Source: Guillardia theta CCMP2712
Taxonomy: Eukaryota > Protista > Cryptophyta
Reading direction: 5' to 3'
Length of the DNA stretch: 64,000 nucleotides
Assembly (NCBI RefSeq): GCF_000315625.1
Contig: NW_005434508.1
Location: forward strand, 46,361 to 110,360
Position numbers and translations under genes: made by a program. Positions 1-11,730 of the stretch are shown piece by piece; the stretch's first letter is position 1; each line of letters begins with the position of its first letter. Under the pieces are notes generated by a model. It was not told the DNA's origin. It made no database searches and saw only the letters and a list, made by a program, of their open reading frames with translations.

Positions 1-3000
1 GACTCCTCGTCGCTGCCGTCCAGCAACGGGACGAGCAACCAGGTGGCGACGCTGTTAGCATCTGAGGGGATCGTGACCGATGGGGACGGGAACTACGACA
101 ACAACTGGGTCAAGACTTGGATCCTCGCCCCTCCTCTTGCCCAGCAGGTCTACCTCAAGTTCCTCGACTTCAACGTGGAGAACGGATGGGACTTCGTGTA
201 CGTCTACGAGTGCTCTACCGCCGCCTGCTCCTCTCCGGTGCAGGTGCAGGGAAGCCCGTTCACAGGGGCTGCCGTCCCCGACCTCCTCGTCTCCTCCACG
301 GGCATCATGAAGGTTGTCTTCACTTCCGACGGCTCAGTCACAGCGCCGGGCTTCAGAGCTGTCTTCCTCACTCGCCTCCACGACTGCTCCAGCAGCGGGC
401 TGGTGCAAGAGAGCTTCGGCCTCCTCTCCGACGGGATCGGCGCCTACGGCAACAACCTGCGCTGCTCGTTTGTGGTTCAGCCTCCCTCCTCCTCCAGCCT
501 CCGCCTCACCTTCCTCGAGATGAACATCGAGCAGAACTTCGATCGCTTGTACCTCGGACAGTGTATCCCCCCCTCGTCCACCAGCCGTGCTCCCACCACA
601 AGCCCAGCACCGACAACCAGCCGTGCTCCCACCACAAGCCCAGCGCCTACTACCAGCCGTGCTCCCACCACAAGCCCAGCGCCTACTACCAGCCCAGCTC
701 CTACCACAAGCCCAGCTCCTACTACCAGCCGTGCTCCTACCACAAGCCCAGCTCCTACTACCAGCCCAGCTCCTACTACCAGCCGTGCTCCTACCACAAG
801 CCCAGCTCCTACTACCAGCCCAGCTCCTACTACCAGCCCTGCGCCTACGACGCCCCCGAGCTCGGGCATGACTTGCTCGATCATAAGCGGCAGCCCCTAC
901 TCAAGCACGTCGACGATACCGCTCATCACTTCCTCTACCAGCATCCTCAAGGTCTCCCTCACCTCCGATGCTCAAGCAAGCTTCCTTGCTCGCTGGGGCC
1001 CTGAGCCCTCCTACAACGCTGACGCCTGCGCCTCCTCCGCCGCCGTCGCCCTCCAAGCCGACTACGGCGGTCTCTCCGACGGGGTCGGGCTCTACAGCAA
1101 CAGCGCCTCCTGCAGCTGGATCTTGGCTCCCGCCGGCGCCTCGAGCGTCACCCTCGTCTTCACCCAGCTGGACATGGAGTACGGCTACGACTACGTGTAC
1201 GTCGACGAGTGCAGCGACGCCTCCTGCGCCTCCTCCACGCAGCTGGCGAGCCTGACGGGGTCGACGATGCCGGGGCCGCTTGTGAGCTCGACGGGGTACA
1301 TGCGAGTGAGGATGTCGACGGACTACTCGGTGAGGCGCGAGGGCTTCAAGGCCATCTATGCGGGGTCGACGCGGGTGTACGACTGCAGCTGGGGAGGGAC
1401 AGGGGCGATCGACAGCCTGCAGGGGCTGATGAGAAACATCGGAGGAGCGTCATGCGTTTGGACCATTGAGTCATCAACGTCGCTGCCTTCCGCTCGTGTT
1501 CTCTACCTCAACGCTGCTGTCAGCTCCCAAGTATCGTTCTTCTCGTGCTCCGCGGGTGGACAATCTCCTCCTCCTACTACGTCGCCGCCGCCATCTTCTT
1601 CTCCTCCTCCTCCTCCTCCGTCGACCTGCTCCTCCTACTCTGCTGTACCCGGCAGCCCCTTCACCGGTTACAGTCTTCCTACTCCCTTCACGGCCAGCAG
1701 CCCCGTCCAGCTCACCTTCACCAGTGACGCCAGCATCACCTACCAAGGCTTCCTTGCTCGCTGGGGCCCTGAGCCCTCCTACAACGCTGACGCCTGCGCC
1801 TCCTCCGCCGCCGTCGCCCTCCAAGCCGACTACGGCGGTCTCTCCGACGGGGTCGGGCTCTACAGCAACAGCGCCTCCTGCAGCTGGATCTTGGCTCCCG
1901 CCGGCGCCTCGAGCGTCACCCTCGTCTTCACCCAGCTGGACATGGAGTACGGCTACGACTACGTGTACGTCGACGAGTGCAGCGACGCCTCCTGCGCCTC
2001 CTCCACGCAGCTGGCGAGCCTGACGGGGTCGACGATGCCGGGGCCGCTTGTGAGCTCGACGGGGTACATGCGAGTGAGGATGTCGACGGACTACTCGGTG
2101 AGGCGCGAGGGCTTCAAGGCCATCTATGCGGGGTCGACGCGGGTGTACGACTGCAGCTGGGGAGGGACAGGGGCGATCGACAGCCTGCAGGGGATGATAC
2201 GTCATGCTGCAGCAAACTCACAAACATCGACGACGTGCTCTTGGAGCATCGCTCCAGCGGGCACCTCCTCCGTCTCCTTCGTGTTCCATCAGTTCGACCT
2301 CAACGCTGCTGTCAGCTCCCAAGTGTCTATTCTTGCTTGCGCGGCGGGTGGACAATCTCCTCCTCCTCCTCCTTCTCCTTCTCCTCCTTCTCCTCCTCCT
2401 CCGTCGACCTGCTCCTCCTACTCTGCTGTACCCGGCAGCCCCTTCACCGGTTACAGTCTTCCTACTCCCTTCACGGCCAGCAGCCCCGTCCAGCTCACCT
2501 TCACCAGTGACGCCAGCATCACCTACCAAGGCTTCCTTGCTCGCTGGGGCCCTGAGCCCTCCTACAACGCTGACGCCTGCGCCTCCTCCGCCGCCGTCGC
2601 CCTCCAAGCCGACTACGGCGGTCTCTCCGACGGGGTCGGGCTCTACAGCAACAGCGCCTCCTGCAGCTGGATCTTGGCTCCCGCCGGCGCCTCGAGCGTC
2701 ACCCTCGTCTTCACCCAGCTGGACATGGAGTACGGCTACGACTACGTGTACGTCGACGAGTGCAGCGACGCCTCCTGCTCCTCCTCCACGCAGCTTGCGA
2801 GCCTGACGGGGTCGACGATGCCGGGGCCGCTTGTGAGCTCGACGGGGTACATGCGAGTGAGGATGTCGACGGACTACTCGGTGAGGCGCGAGGGCTTCAA
2901 GGCCATCTATGCGGGGTCGACGCGGGTGTACGACTGCAGCTGGGGAGGGACAGGGGCGATCGACAGCCTGCAGGGGATGGTGACGGATGGGCCAGGGAAC

Positions 3001-3306
3001 TACCAGACGTCGACGACGTGCTCTTGGAGCATCGCTCCAGCGGGCACCTCCTCCGTCTCCTTCGTCTTCCATCAGTTGGACGTGGAGGCCGGCTGGGATA
3101 CGCTGGCGATCGAGGAGTGCAGCAGCGGGAGGAGAGGGCTGAAACGGCCAACCTTGTCCTCCACAGCCATCGACAGGCAGACAGTCAGCGATGCCGCGAG
3201 CGAGAGACGCGGGGAGTCAGCCTGGTCGGATGTCACGACGACCTTGATAGATGTGTTTGGAGAGGTCGCGAAGAAAGCCAGTGAGCTGCTGTCAGGACAC
3301 GTTTGA
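1..3306 (+). CDS. 3' part of secreted subtilisin-EGF-CUB protein paralog (CUB domains, PTTS mucin-like repeat); 5' end outside window
   Basis: Open frame to 3306 with repeated CUB motifs (SDGVGLYSNSASCSWIL...FTQLDMEYGYDYVYV...MRVRMSTDYSVRREGFKAIY). Near-identical reverse complement of 12747-14618 apart from extra modules. Confidence 0.85.
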   Translation, partial: DSSSLPSSNGTSNQVATLLASEGIVTDGDGNYDNNWVKTWILAPPLAQQVYLKFLDFNVENGWDFVYVYECSTAACSSPVQVQGSPFTGAAVPDLLVSSTGIMKVVFTSDGSVTAPGFRAVFLTRLHDCSSSGLVQESFGLLSDGIGAYGNNLRCSFVVQPPSSSSLRLTFLEMNIEQNFDRLYLGQCIPPSSTSRAPTTSPAPTTSRAPTTSPAPTTSRAPTTSPAPTTSPAPTTSPAPTTSRAPTTSPAPTTSPAPTTSRAPTTSPAPTTSPAPTTSPAPTTPPSSGMTCSIISGSPYSSTSTIPLITSSTSILKVSLTSDAQASFLARWGPEPSYNADACASSAAVALQADYGGLSDGVGLYSNSASCSWILAPAGASSVTLVFTQLDMEYGYDYVYVDECSDASCASSTQLASLTGSTMPGPLVSSTGYMRVRMSTDYSVRREGFKAIYAGSTRVYDCSWGGTGAIDSLQGLMRNIGGASCVWTIESSTSLPSARVLYLNAAVSSQVSFFSCSAGGQSPPPTTSPPPSSSPPPPPPSTCSSYSAVPGSPFTGYSLPTPFTASSPVQLTFTSDASITYQGFLARWGPEPSYNADACASSAAVALQADYGGLSDGVGLYSNSASCSWILAPAGASSVTLVFTQLDMEYGYDYVYVDECSDASCASSTQLASLTGSTMPGPLVSSTGYMRVRMSTDYSVRREGFKAIYAGSTRVYDCSWGGTGAIDSLQGMIRHAAANSQTSTTCSWSIAPAGTSSVSFVFHQFDLNAAVSSQVSILACAAGGQSPPPPPSPSPPSPPPPSTCSSYSAVPGSPFTGYSLPTPFTASSPVQLTFTSDASITYQGFLARWGPEPSYNADACASSAAVALQADYGGLSDGVGLYSNSASCSWILAPAGASSVTLVFTQLDMEYGYDYVYVDECSDASCSSSTQLASLTGSTMPGPLVSSTGYMRVRMSTDYSVRREGFKAIYAGSTRVYDCSWGGTGAIDSLQGMVTDGPGNYQTSTTCSWSIAPAGTSSVSFVFHQLDVEAGWDTLAIEECSSGRRGLKRPTLSSTAIDRQTVSDAASERRGESAWSDVTTTLIDVFGEVAKKASELLSGHV
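570..850 (+). repeat. Coding minisatellite with 18/21-bp units (SPAPTT/SRAPTT), mucin-like linker
   Basis: Tandem accagccgtgctcccaccacaagcccagc-type units; a different array is present at 13650-14040. Confidence 0.9.
981..2980 (+). repeat. Three near-identical CUB-coding modules (spacing 768 and 783 bp)
   Basis: cttccttgctcgctggggccctgagccc starts at ~981, ~1749 and ~2532, each followed by ~450 bp of near-identical sequence. Confidence 0.9.
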
Positions 3307-3402
3307 AGACGTAGATGTTGACATGCTAAGTTTGTTTTCTTGTAAATCATTTCATGATGCTTCCAGTCTCTTGCTTGTTTTCTCTCTCCTCCTCTCATCA
3401 TG

Positions 3403-5357
3403 TCATTCTGACGTTGACCAGCGCTCAACCTCTTTCTCTGGCTCTGGCCGACAATACACATGACGAACGCCAGCAAATCTCTTCCCAAGGTAGCAGACAA
3501 GCCGCACCTGTTACATCGACTGTCAACTCTGATTCGATCCTCCTCCTCCCGCTTCTCCTCCTCCTCTGCCTTCTCCATCCTCCTCCTCTGTCTACTCAGC
3601 GATCTCGACTCATCCAGCCGTATCGTTGGTATCAACGGCCCCGCCGCAGTCTCTTCCTCCTGCTCTCTTTCATGCTCTTCTCCTTCCTCACCTGCGGGTC
3701 CAGGTAGGTCGTGTCCATGAGCGCCTACACGGGATCAGCAGGAGCACACTTGCTGCAGAGAGATGAAGCGAGGAGATGCAGGAGGAGCAGGAGAAGAACA
3801 AGCAAGACAGACACACTGAAGGAGGAGGCAGGCAAGGAAGCAGCAAGAGGGTCAGCAAGAGAAGGAGGAGCAGGTGGAGATGGAGGAGATGGAGGAGCTA
3901 GCGGAGCAGCAAGAGAAGGGGGAGCATGAGGAGGAGAAGGAGGGTTTGCGACCTCATCAGGATCGAAGAACTCTTTCGGCAGGGCTCGCTGCAGAGCTCC
4001 TACGAGAGCCTGCAGAGAAAGTGAGGAGGGAGAGAGAGAGCGGGGTTAGGGTGAGAGAGGAAGAGGGAAGGAGACTGAGCAGACGACTGAGAGGGAGAGG
4101 AGGGGAATGAAACGAGGGAGAGGAGGACGAGGATGAGACTACAAGACGAGGAGGGAGATTAAAAAGGAGAACTAGCAAATGCATGTAAAGCAGAGGGGGG
4201 CTCGGAGGAAGAGAAAGATAGGAGGAGAGGGGAGGAGAGAGGAGGAGAGAGGAGGAGAGGGGAGAAAGGAGGCGAGCAAGAGAAGAGAGGAGGAGGTACT
4301 TCAGGGTTCTTTGGAGGTCTGTTGAGAGGCTCAGGAGTCAGTCGAAGCTCTTCCACTGAGATGATCATGCGGGTGGGAACGCTGGGGGCCTGGAAGCAAA
4401 CAATGAGGAAAACATCCTCCTGCATCACGTCCATGCGCTCCTCTCTCCCTTCCTCCTCCTTTCTCCCTTTCGCTTCCTCTTCCATCCCCCTCCCCCCCTC
4501 TCGCTTGCAACTTTCTCGCTCCCTGCCTGCTGCCTCCCTCCTTCACTCCCTCCCATTATTCGTTCTCCTACACATCTATCGAGCCTTACCTCACTCATGT
4601 TGTAAGAGCACTTCACCTCGAACAGGCCTCGCGTCCTTGATCCCGTCAGCCTCCCCCCTCAAGGTCCAACAAGCACATCAAGTACCTCAACTCTTCTGCC
4701 TGCCCCGTCACATCCTCCCGGTACTCCCACCTTGCCTGATGCACCAACTCCCGCGCCCCTCCGTCGATCCTGCTCCTGATGTCTCTGACCTGCTTAAGAA
4801 TCAGAGACAAGGGAAGACCAGGAGGGAACGAGGAAAGAAAAATCCAAGAGGAGGAGGAGGAGGAGGAGGAGGAGGAGGAGGAGGAGGAGGAGGAGGAGCA
4901 GGAGCAGGAGGAGCAGGAGCAAGAGCAGCAGGAGGGTGTGGAGTTTATTTCGGCTGTTGAGCAGGACCTTGAGGTTGGTGTCGGGCGAGAGGAGGCGAGA
5001 GGTCGAGTACAGGAGCTGCCAATCCCCCGACACGGCGAAGTTGAAGAAGTTGACGTCGAAAGGAAAGATCTGCTGCTGCTCTAGCTCCGCTATGCACTTC
5101 CTTATCATGGTCCTGCTCTCCTCGTCCGACGTCCCTTCCCGGATGTGCGTCAGCAGGCGCTGGGGAGCCTTTGCTATGTAATCTTGGAAGCCTGCGTCTG
5201 AAAAAGCATCGTCGTCTCCCAAGCTCATGCTCCTGCAGACAGCTCTTCTGCATCTGAGGCTCGGAGTGAGCTGGCCTGGTAGGTGAAGTTGAAAGCAATC
5301 GCAGAGAGAGAAGAGGAGGAGGGCAAAGGAGCAGGATATCCGGGAGAAAATCTTCAT
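3403..5357 (-). CDS. Plastid lipid-associated protein / fibrillin family, about 7 exons, bipartite plastid-targeting presequence
   Basis: ATG 5357 MKIFSRISCSFALLLFSLCDC-F (Phe at +1). SGDWQLLYST motif, then spliced exons APSVPTRMIISVEEL / ALVGALQRALPKEFFDPDE / ALMDTTYLDPQ / VRLVCYLGKRFAGVRHVYCR...* (last exon 3507-3403), matching the fibrillin TTYLD-xx-R C-terminus. Confidence 0.75.
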
Positions 5358-6157
5358 GATTATTGCTTTTTGATGCTTGAAAGATTCATTTGCTCCTGCG
5401 AGAGTTGTCAATTTCGATTTTCTGTCTTGCACTACCATCACTCCCTCTCCTTCCTTCCACTGTCTGTTCTTGTGTTGTGCTCATCGAAAGCAAGTCCTCT
5501 CCCCTCTCCCCTCTCCTCTCTCCTCTCCTCTCTCCTCTCCCCTCTCCTCTCCTCTTCTCTCCTCTCCTCTCCTCTCCTCGTCCTCCAGTTTCGTCCCCAC
5601 GTTGCCATGTCGAAGATACAAAGCATGGGAATCCTGGTATGCTCCCCCCACACAAGGGTACGTGTACGATATTTGACTGATTTTCTGCTATAGTAATGGA
5701 AATATAAGGAAACATTTCTTGTGGTCGTAGATGCTTAAAGGTTCCTTGGTGTACTTTTAAGGGGTGGGGGTACACAGACCACCGGTCTATTTCAATTGAT
5801 GGGGTACTGACAAGATTTACCTTTGGGGTAGGTCCTTGTTTTCAGTGGTGGGGTCTAGGGTTGGGTGTTTTAAATAGGAAGGTGGGGTGGAGGCCTCCCA
5901 GAGGAAACATGCACGTGCAATCAGGTAATGCAGGGAGGCGTGCGATGGTGATGGGGAGAGGAGAGGGGAGGAGAGGGGAGGAGAGGGAAGGAGAGGAGAG
6001 GAGAGGAGAGGGGAAGAGAGGAGAGGGGAGGAGAGGTAGCTGAGGCAGAGGGGAGGAAGTGAAGGTGAGGCAAGATGTAATTGAAGACGGATGGGAAGAA
6101 AGGAATGATCGCTGATGAAACAATCGTATCTTTTTCTGACACCTCTTCTGAATACCC

Positions 6158-6547
6158 TTGAGGATACACGTTTCTGAGATCACAACTCCATACCCCACAC
6201 ATCTCATCGAGGGAGTTGCAGAGTTTCTGTTCGCTCATGGTCATTTGCTACAGGCTGCTGCTGCTGCACGGCAAGGACATTACTCCCCAACGATGGGACG
6301 AGGTGAGTTTGCGGAGAGAGACCCCCCCTTGTGTCTGTTCTTGGCCAATGAGGAACAAAAATTCATTTGGAGACCTGATCTGAGGGAAACCGATGGGGAT
6401 TTGAATACTTACCTACATTATCTGAGGCTTTTCACCTCCCTGCACGCGATTTTGAAGATTCTCGTGTTTTTTCGAATGACTGGCATGCAGATGAAGGAAC
6501 ATCATCCCTCCTCGATCATCGTTGTCATGGCTGGAAGTGAAGTGTGA
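6158..6547 (+). CDS. Possible small multi-exon hypothetical gene
   Basis: Splice-like junctions (cag/...GACGAG/gtgag; gcag/ATGAAGGAA...TGA); no recognisable domain. Confidence 0.25.
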   Translation: MRIHVSEITTPYPTHLIEGVAEFLFAHGHLLQAAAAARQGHYSPTMGRGEFAERDPPLCLFLANEEQKFIWRPDLRETDGDLNTYLHYLRLFTSLHAILKILVFFRMTGMQMKEHHPSSIIVVMAGSEV

Positions 6548-6636
6548 CGTTGTCCCTTTGTTAGCGAATTTTGGAGCTCTGTAAATTTTGTTGTATAGTA
6601 CATGTGTTTCATTCACCTCCTACCCCTCACCCGCTT

Positions 6637-9619
6637 TCACTGCTGGGCGAAATTTCTCGCCTTGTTTCTGTAGGCGTCGAGGTCACTCTGCGAGAGATTG
6701 TTATAAGAAGACGAGGCGAGGAGAGAAGGGAAAGGAAAGGAGAATGAGAGGGAATGAGAGGGAGGGAGATATGGGGGAATGAGAGGGAAGTGGGTGCGGG
6801 ACAAGGTGGGTGAGGGTTAGACAGGACTTGCGTAGTAAGCCACCTGTAGTTTGAGCCAAGGTGAAGGTAGCGAGAGGCAGAGCCACTCGGTGAGGTGAAG
6901 CTGCAGTAGGATCTGGAGAAAGAAAATGTCAAAAGCGAAAAGAGATAAGGAAGAAGAACAGCAGAGGGAGAGAGAGTCAAGGGGAGAGGCGAGGAGCGCG
7001 AGGGAAAGAGAGTCAAGGGGAGAGGCGAGGAGCGCGAGGTGAGTGACGGGACATGGAAGGGGTTAGTAGGAGAGACAGTGAAGAAGTGAAGTGAAGGGGA
7101 TAAACTACCTTAGAAACGTCATCTGCTGACATCTGGGACGAGGCCTGCTCCTTAGAGGGGTAGAGCCTCGCCTTGACCTCCGTCAGCACTTGCAAGATGA
7201 CGTCCAGCCTCCTCCGTACTTCTGCCTCCTGCACAGTCGTCGTGACGCGCAGCTGGGCATTGCGGAGGTGGGAGAGAGTCGTAGCGTACGCCTGGTGGAG
7301 GTTCTTGAGCCGAGGGAGGAAGCGGAGGAGGCTCAGGATGACATCCAGGTTCCTTCCCAGCACGACGACAACGTGGCTGTGGGCTGGGGGGGAGGAGGAG
7401 GAGCGGGAGAAGGGGAGGTGGTGGACGAAGAGGGCCTCGTCCGGGTTCAGGTGCCAGTCCTGCAGACATCTCTCGACCCCGTCGATCACTGCTGCCGAGT
7501 TGGACCGTCCGAAGTGAGCCTGCAGCTTGTTCACCACGTGCATCTCCGCCTCATCCAGCTCTCTCTTCGTCCCCTGGCTGGTCTTTAGCCCGCAAAGTTC
7601 GTTCTCAGCTCGCAGCCTCCTGATGGTAAGGAGGCAACGCACCAGCCCGCTCCAGTCCCCCGGCATCACTTCAGCCTCCGTCGACTCCTTGGCATGGTAG
7701 AGCGGCTCGATTGCCAGCGCCCCTGGAAGGGCCTGGGAAAGGACTCGGATGCTGTACCTTGCTGAAGGAACTTCGCGCAGAGACGCTCTTAGAGCGCTCG
7801 CAAGCTTCTTGAGAGCTTCCTGAAGCTCCCCGAGACTCCCCCTGCTCCTCAGGCTGAGCATGGCCGAGTAGTCTTCCTGCCCACTCTCACTGCAGAACCT
7901 CGACTCGAACGTCTGCAGCTTGGACAGCAACTTGCTGACGTCAAAGATGCAGGCCTCTACTATGATCTCCTCCTCCGTCCAGCTGAGCCGCTTCTCCGCC
8001 AGCTGAGAGGCGTCGAAGCCGATGTGCTGTTCGAGGATGATAGAGGGGACGAAGGGCTCTGCTTTAGGAGGGGTGCTGGACTCCGGCAAGCCCTTGACGT
8101 AGACAGTCAGCCGCTGGATTTGAGTCTCAGCCACCCGGTTGGCCTTCTGCATGTGCTGGACGATCTGAGGGCATCGTGTAGTGAAGTGATAGAGGTTGCG
8201 GAGGCGTTGAGCCGTGCTAGTCAAGTTGACGAGGATGTACCTTGCGACATGGAACTCCTCTCGCCGAATGGACGCCAGAAGCTCTCTCTCCTCCCTCTCT
8301 CGCCTGATCTCCTCGTTCACCCGAGCTTCGTTCGGCGACCACACACTGTCGACTTTTTCCATGGTGAGGGTGCGAGCAAGGTCCTTCCGCTTCTCCAGGA
8401 TCTCCCTCTGCCCGGACTCGTTGATCCTCTTGCAGAACGACATGAGCCGAGCTACATAATCTGGCGCCATGGTTGGGAACGGCTGCTCTGTCTCCTGCAG
8501 GTGCCTGGAGTAAGTGAACAAGATCGCGATGCCGATCTGGAAGATGGCAACGCTGCCCTCGAGAAAGATTATGTCCCAGAGCTTGACCACGAGAGGAAGG
8601 GGGAGGGCGTTCACGAAGAGCGAAATGAACCACTGCGGGCAAACCATCCCCAGCAGCTCAGACACGACGATCTCCAGCCCCTCCAGCTCTAGGTAGATGT
8701 CGGGTGCGAGGGTCTTGAGAAGGTCGCAGAGGACGAGGACAGAGATCTTGAAGCTCGTCAGGGTCCGAGTGAGGCCCCCAGGTATCAGCTGCGTCACCAC
8801 TGAGTGGAGAGTCCAGAAAGTGTCCTCGTCATCCTCCAGGTGCAGCAGAAGCAATGCCGCGATGAAGTTCATCCCCTGGCTGTACCCCAGCTCCTTGTTG
8901 TGAGCTGAGTATGCCAGCAGGCATCGCCGTAGCCTCTCTTGTCCCTCCGGGCTCGCGATGTAGGGGATGTCAGGCATCGACCGCCCCAGGTCTCTGCCGA
9001 TCTCCGACGCAACGTCCGCATGGTCCTCCATCCGCAGCTCGCACAGATGCTTATAGTACTGCTCCCCTGCGTCCTCCCTCAACAGGCTCGTCCTTGCGCA
9101 CAGCCGCCAAAGACGCCCCCTCCTCTGCTTGGACACTTCTTTCAGGTAGCCCCCTTGCAGCAGGGAGCTCATCTCAGCGCACAGGAACTGTCGCCATGCT
9201 CGATCTGTGAGCGCGTCTTCTGACTTCACCGAAGACTTCTCGAGTGGCCTTGCAATTACGTCAAAGCAGATGTCCGCTACCACAGCGTTCCTTCGCCTTA
9301 GAGCGTCCAAGATCTGATCCCTGATAGGGAATCGATTCTCTGGCTGCCTGGAAGCCTGCCCCGTCTCGTCGTCATGGAACTTCGATCGAAGGTTGTTCAC
9401 GACGCTGCCATTCTCTGCCGCCCACTCCTCAACCTCTGTGACAACAACATCTCTTGGAAGCTCTCTCAGCAGTTGTCTTAACAAGGCTCTTCTTCCTTCT
9501 CCCTCATGCTGCATGCCATCTGAATCTGTCGTGCCTTGTGGAGGCATGTTGTCCTTGCCTTCGCTCTCGGGCACGGGTGTTTCCTCCACCATCGAGTCGC
9601 CGGACTCAGCGGTTATCAT
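6637..9619 (-). CDS. TBC-domain Rab GTPase-activating protein
   Basis: IGRDLGRS (R-finger) and GYSQGMNFIAALLL (Q-finger), WFISLFVNALP...LWD. Long first exon to ~7110, then short exons ending SDLDAYRNKARNFAQQ*. Confidence 0.88.
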
Positions 9620-10389
9620 ACTGGTGGAGTCAGCAGCGTGAGATCCAGAGGCACTCCGACTGGTCGAGCATACGAGGAGGAGCTTCAGTGGATGAGTACC
9701 ATCGAGTTCAAGAGAACAGCAGCGCCAGCAGCCCGATCATTCCCAGTGGCTTCAGAACATCGACTTGACTGCTTCAAGGCTTCTGTGTCAATCAGTTCCT
9801 TCTCCCTCTCAGTACATTCGAGCTCGATCTGCCTTTGTATAACCCGCCCTTGCTCGCCCCTCCGTCCCTCTTCAATTCGCCTGTTACGCTCCTCACTTTG
9901 TGCCTGCCTCCCTGACACCAACTCTTCATACACCTCCCCCTCTTCTCATCCCTCTCCTCTTCTCTCCTCTCCTCTCCTCTCTCCCTCCTCTCAGTCTGCT
10001 CCTGTCCTTCACTCCCCTTTCTTGTTACATAGCGCTACCATCCCCGACCGCAATACACTGCGACGGTTATTTCATCGTTACTTTCAACCAGCTATTTGTG
10101 CTGCCTTCTCTTTTATCCCGATTTACACCTGAGGCGGGCTTAGTTTGAAACTCCAACAACTGCGATTCTTTACTCAAGTCAGAAATCAGTGGCTGCAGTA
10201 TTCAATGATTGGAGGCGCTCGGAACCCTCCCTCCAGTATTTGTCCCTGGCTCTCGGGGCCAGAGTGAGCCTCCGAGGCTCGGAGCGGCGAGTCAGGCTCG
10301 TAGCGGCCGCCAGTGCCGATGGCACCGAGCCTGAGAGCCAAATTGATTCAGTGATCGGCGGCTTCGCAGCCTGTAGGTTTCTTTCTGTG

Positions 10390-10448
10390 ACTCAAAGTTA
10401 AGAAGTTAAAAATCAGTACGAGGACAATCAGGTCGAGGAGGCTTGACC
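10390..10448. repeat. Conserved ~60-bp dispersed element, copy A
   Basis: ACTCAAAGTTAAGAAGTTAAAAATCAGTACGAGGACAATCAGGTCGAGGAGGCTTGACC, matching copies at 17791 and 24467. Confidence 0.85.
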
Positions 10449-10881
10449 CGTAGGATGATCAGGGTGTAGGAGTAACCGCGTTGGAGGCCCATGAGACTCG
10501 GTGACTTCAAACTTAGTTGGGGGGCGGCTCACTGAGTCAGTGCGATCAGAGCTTTCATCTCATATTCTTGAGGGAAAACAGCAAGTTAGAGATTTCTCAA
10601 ACCAAAACACAATAACAATCATGGCCCTCAAGTGATCCCTGGACAGCTTCAATCAATCGTGCAGAAACAGGCGATGGTTGTATCAAGGTGTGTCAATGTT
10701 TATAAGAACATAAAGAAGGGTTTCTGTGAAAGGATGCTAACACAAGCGCGCACGTAGATTGAAAAATATTTCTTTATGCAATATCATGGTTTGCATACCT
10801 GTCTGTGGCCTCGAGAAAAGATTTTCGAATGAATGAGCACATACCTTGCAAGCTTTGAACTTTGACAAACACGCGATGGAA

Positions 10882-11211
10882 TCATGGAGATTTGCTTAGC
10901 GTCGTCTGAATCAGATTTTCACACTCATGCTTCCACCTCTCCATCTCCCTTTCATCTTCGGTCAGCATGGGCTTACTAGTCTTCTGCGAGCTTTCTGTCT
11001 TGATAGGCGGCCTTGATCCTTGTGGCAGGGTGTCTCTGTTGGAAAGTAGCCCAGTCGCCTTTGACCATCGAGGAGGAGTGCCGAGAGGAGGAGAGTAGCT
11101 GGGCTGGAACTCGGACCTGTTGCTCAGCGGGACAGAGCCTGGTTTGTACATGAGCGACCGCCGACCTGTCGACTTTCTGCTAGCGCATTCGCAGCACATG
11201 GCGTTTAGCAT
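10882..11211 (-). CDS. Hypothetical 109-aa protein
   Basis: ATG-initiated ORF with non-repetitive composition, located just downstream of a GGGGTA-rich block; no family recognised. Confidence 0.4.
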   Translation of the reverse strand: MLNAMCCECASRKSTGRRSLMYKPGSVPLSNRSEFQPSYSPPLGTPPRWSKATGLLSNRDTLPQGSRPPIKTESSQKTSKPMLTEDEREMERWKHECENLIQTTLSKSP

Positions 11212-11730
11212 TGCGACAAACCTCTGCTTGAAAGGGCGAACGACAATTCAAGAGGGTAGGGTAGTGCATAAAGGGGTCCTAATGTCAGATAACAATGCTC
11301 TTATATCAGGGTGGGTTGTTCAGGTGAGGCTGTGGAGGGGTGGGGGGTACGACAAGTTCTGTCGGGGGTCACTGATCGTACTAGTGGGTGTTGGAGATAA
11401 GTAAATTTCAGTACCTGGATTCACATGTGACTAAAATGTGTAGGTTGCAAGAGTGTCACCTACGCGAACGCTCCGACACAGAGTCGGTCTCAACGCCGGG
11501 CCCGGGCTCCGGAGTCCGGGGCCGGCCGGTGACTCCGGGCCGAGTGACCGGCGACTCAGCCTGACTTGACTTACTAGTTACTGGCCCGATCCTGATCGGA
11601 CTGCGACAGATCTGTTCGCTCAGCGGCTAGACATAGCTCTAATCGTACGGAAGTTCCAGTGATCCGACCTGCAGTGCAGTTCCTGCTCTAGAGCCGGGTT
11701 CCAGGAGCCGGGAAGGGAGAGTCCGACGGT

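Noticed and set aside
80-3284. Many long alternate-frame and antisense ORFs over GC-rich genes, here and throughout the window
   Set aside because: Shadow ORFs caused by high GC3 codon bias.
6405-6414. ATACTTACCT, identical to the U1 snRNA 5' end
   Set aside because: No downstream U1 stem-loops or Sm site; equally the reverse complement of a generic splice donor or a chance match.
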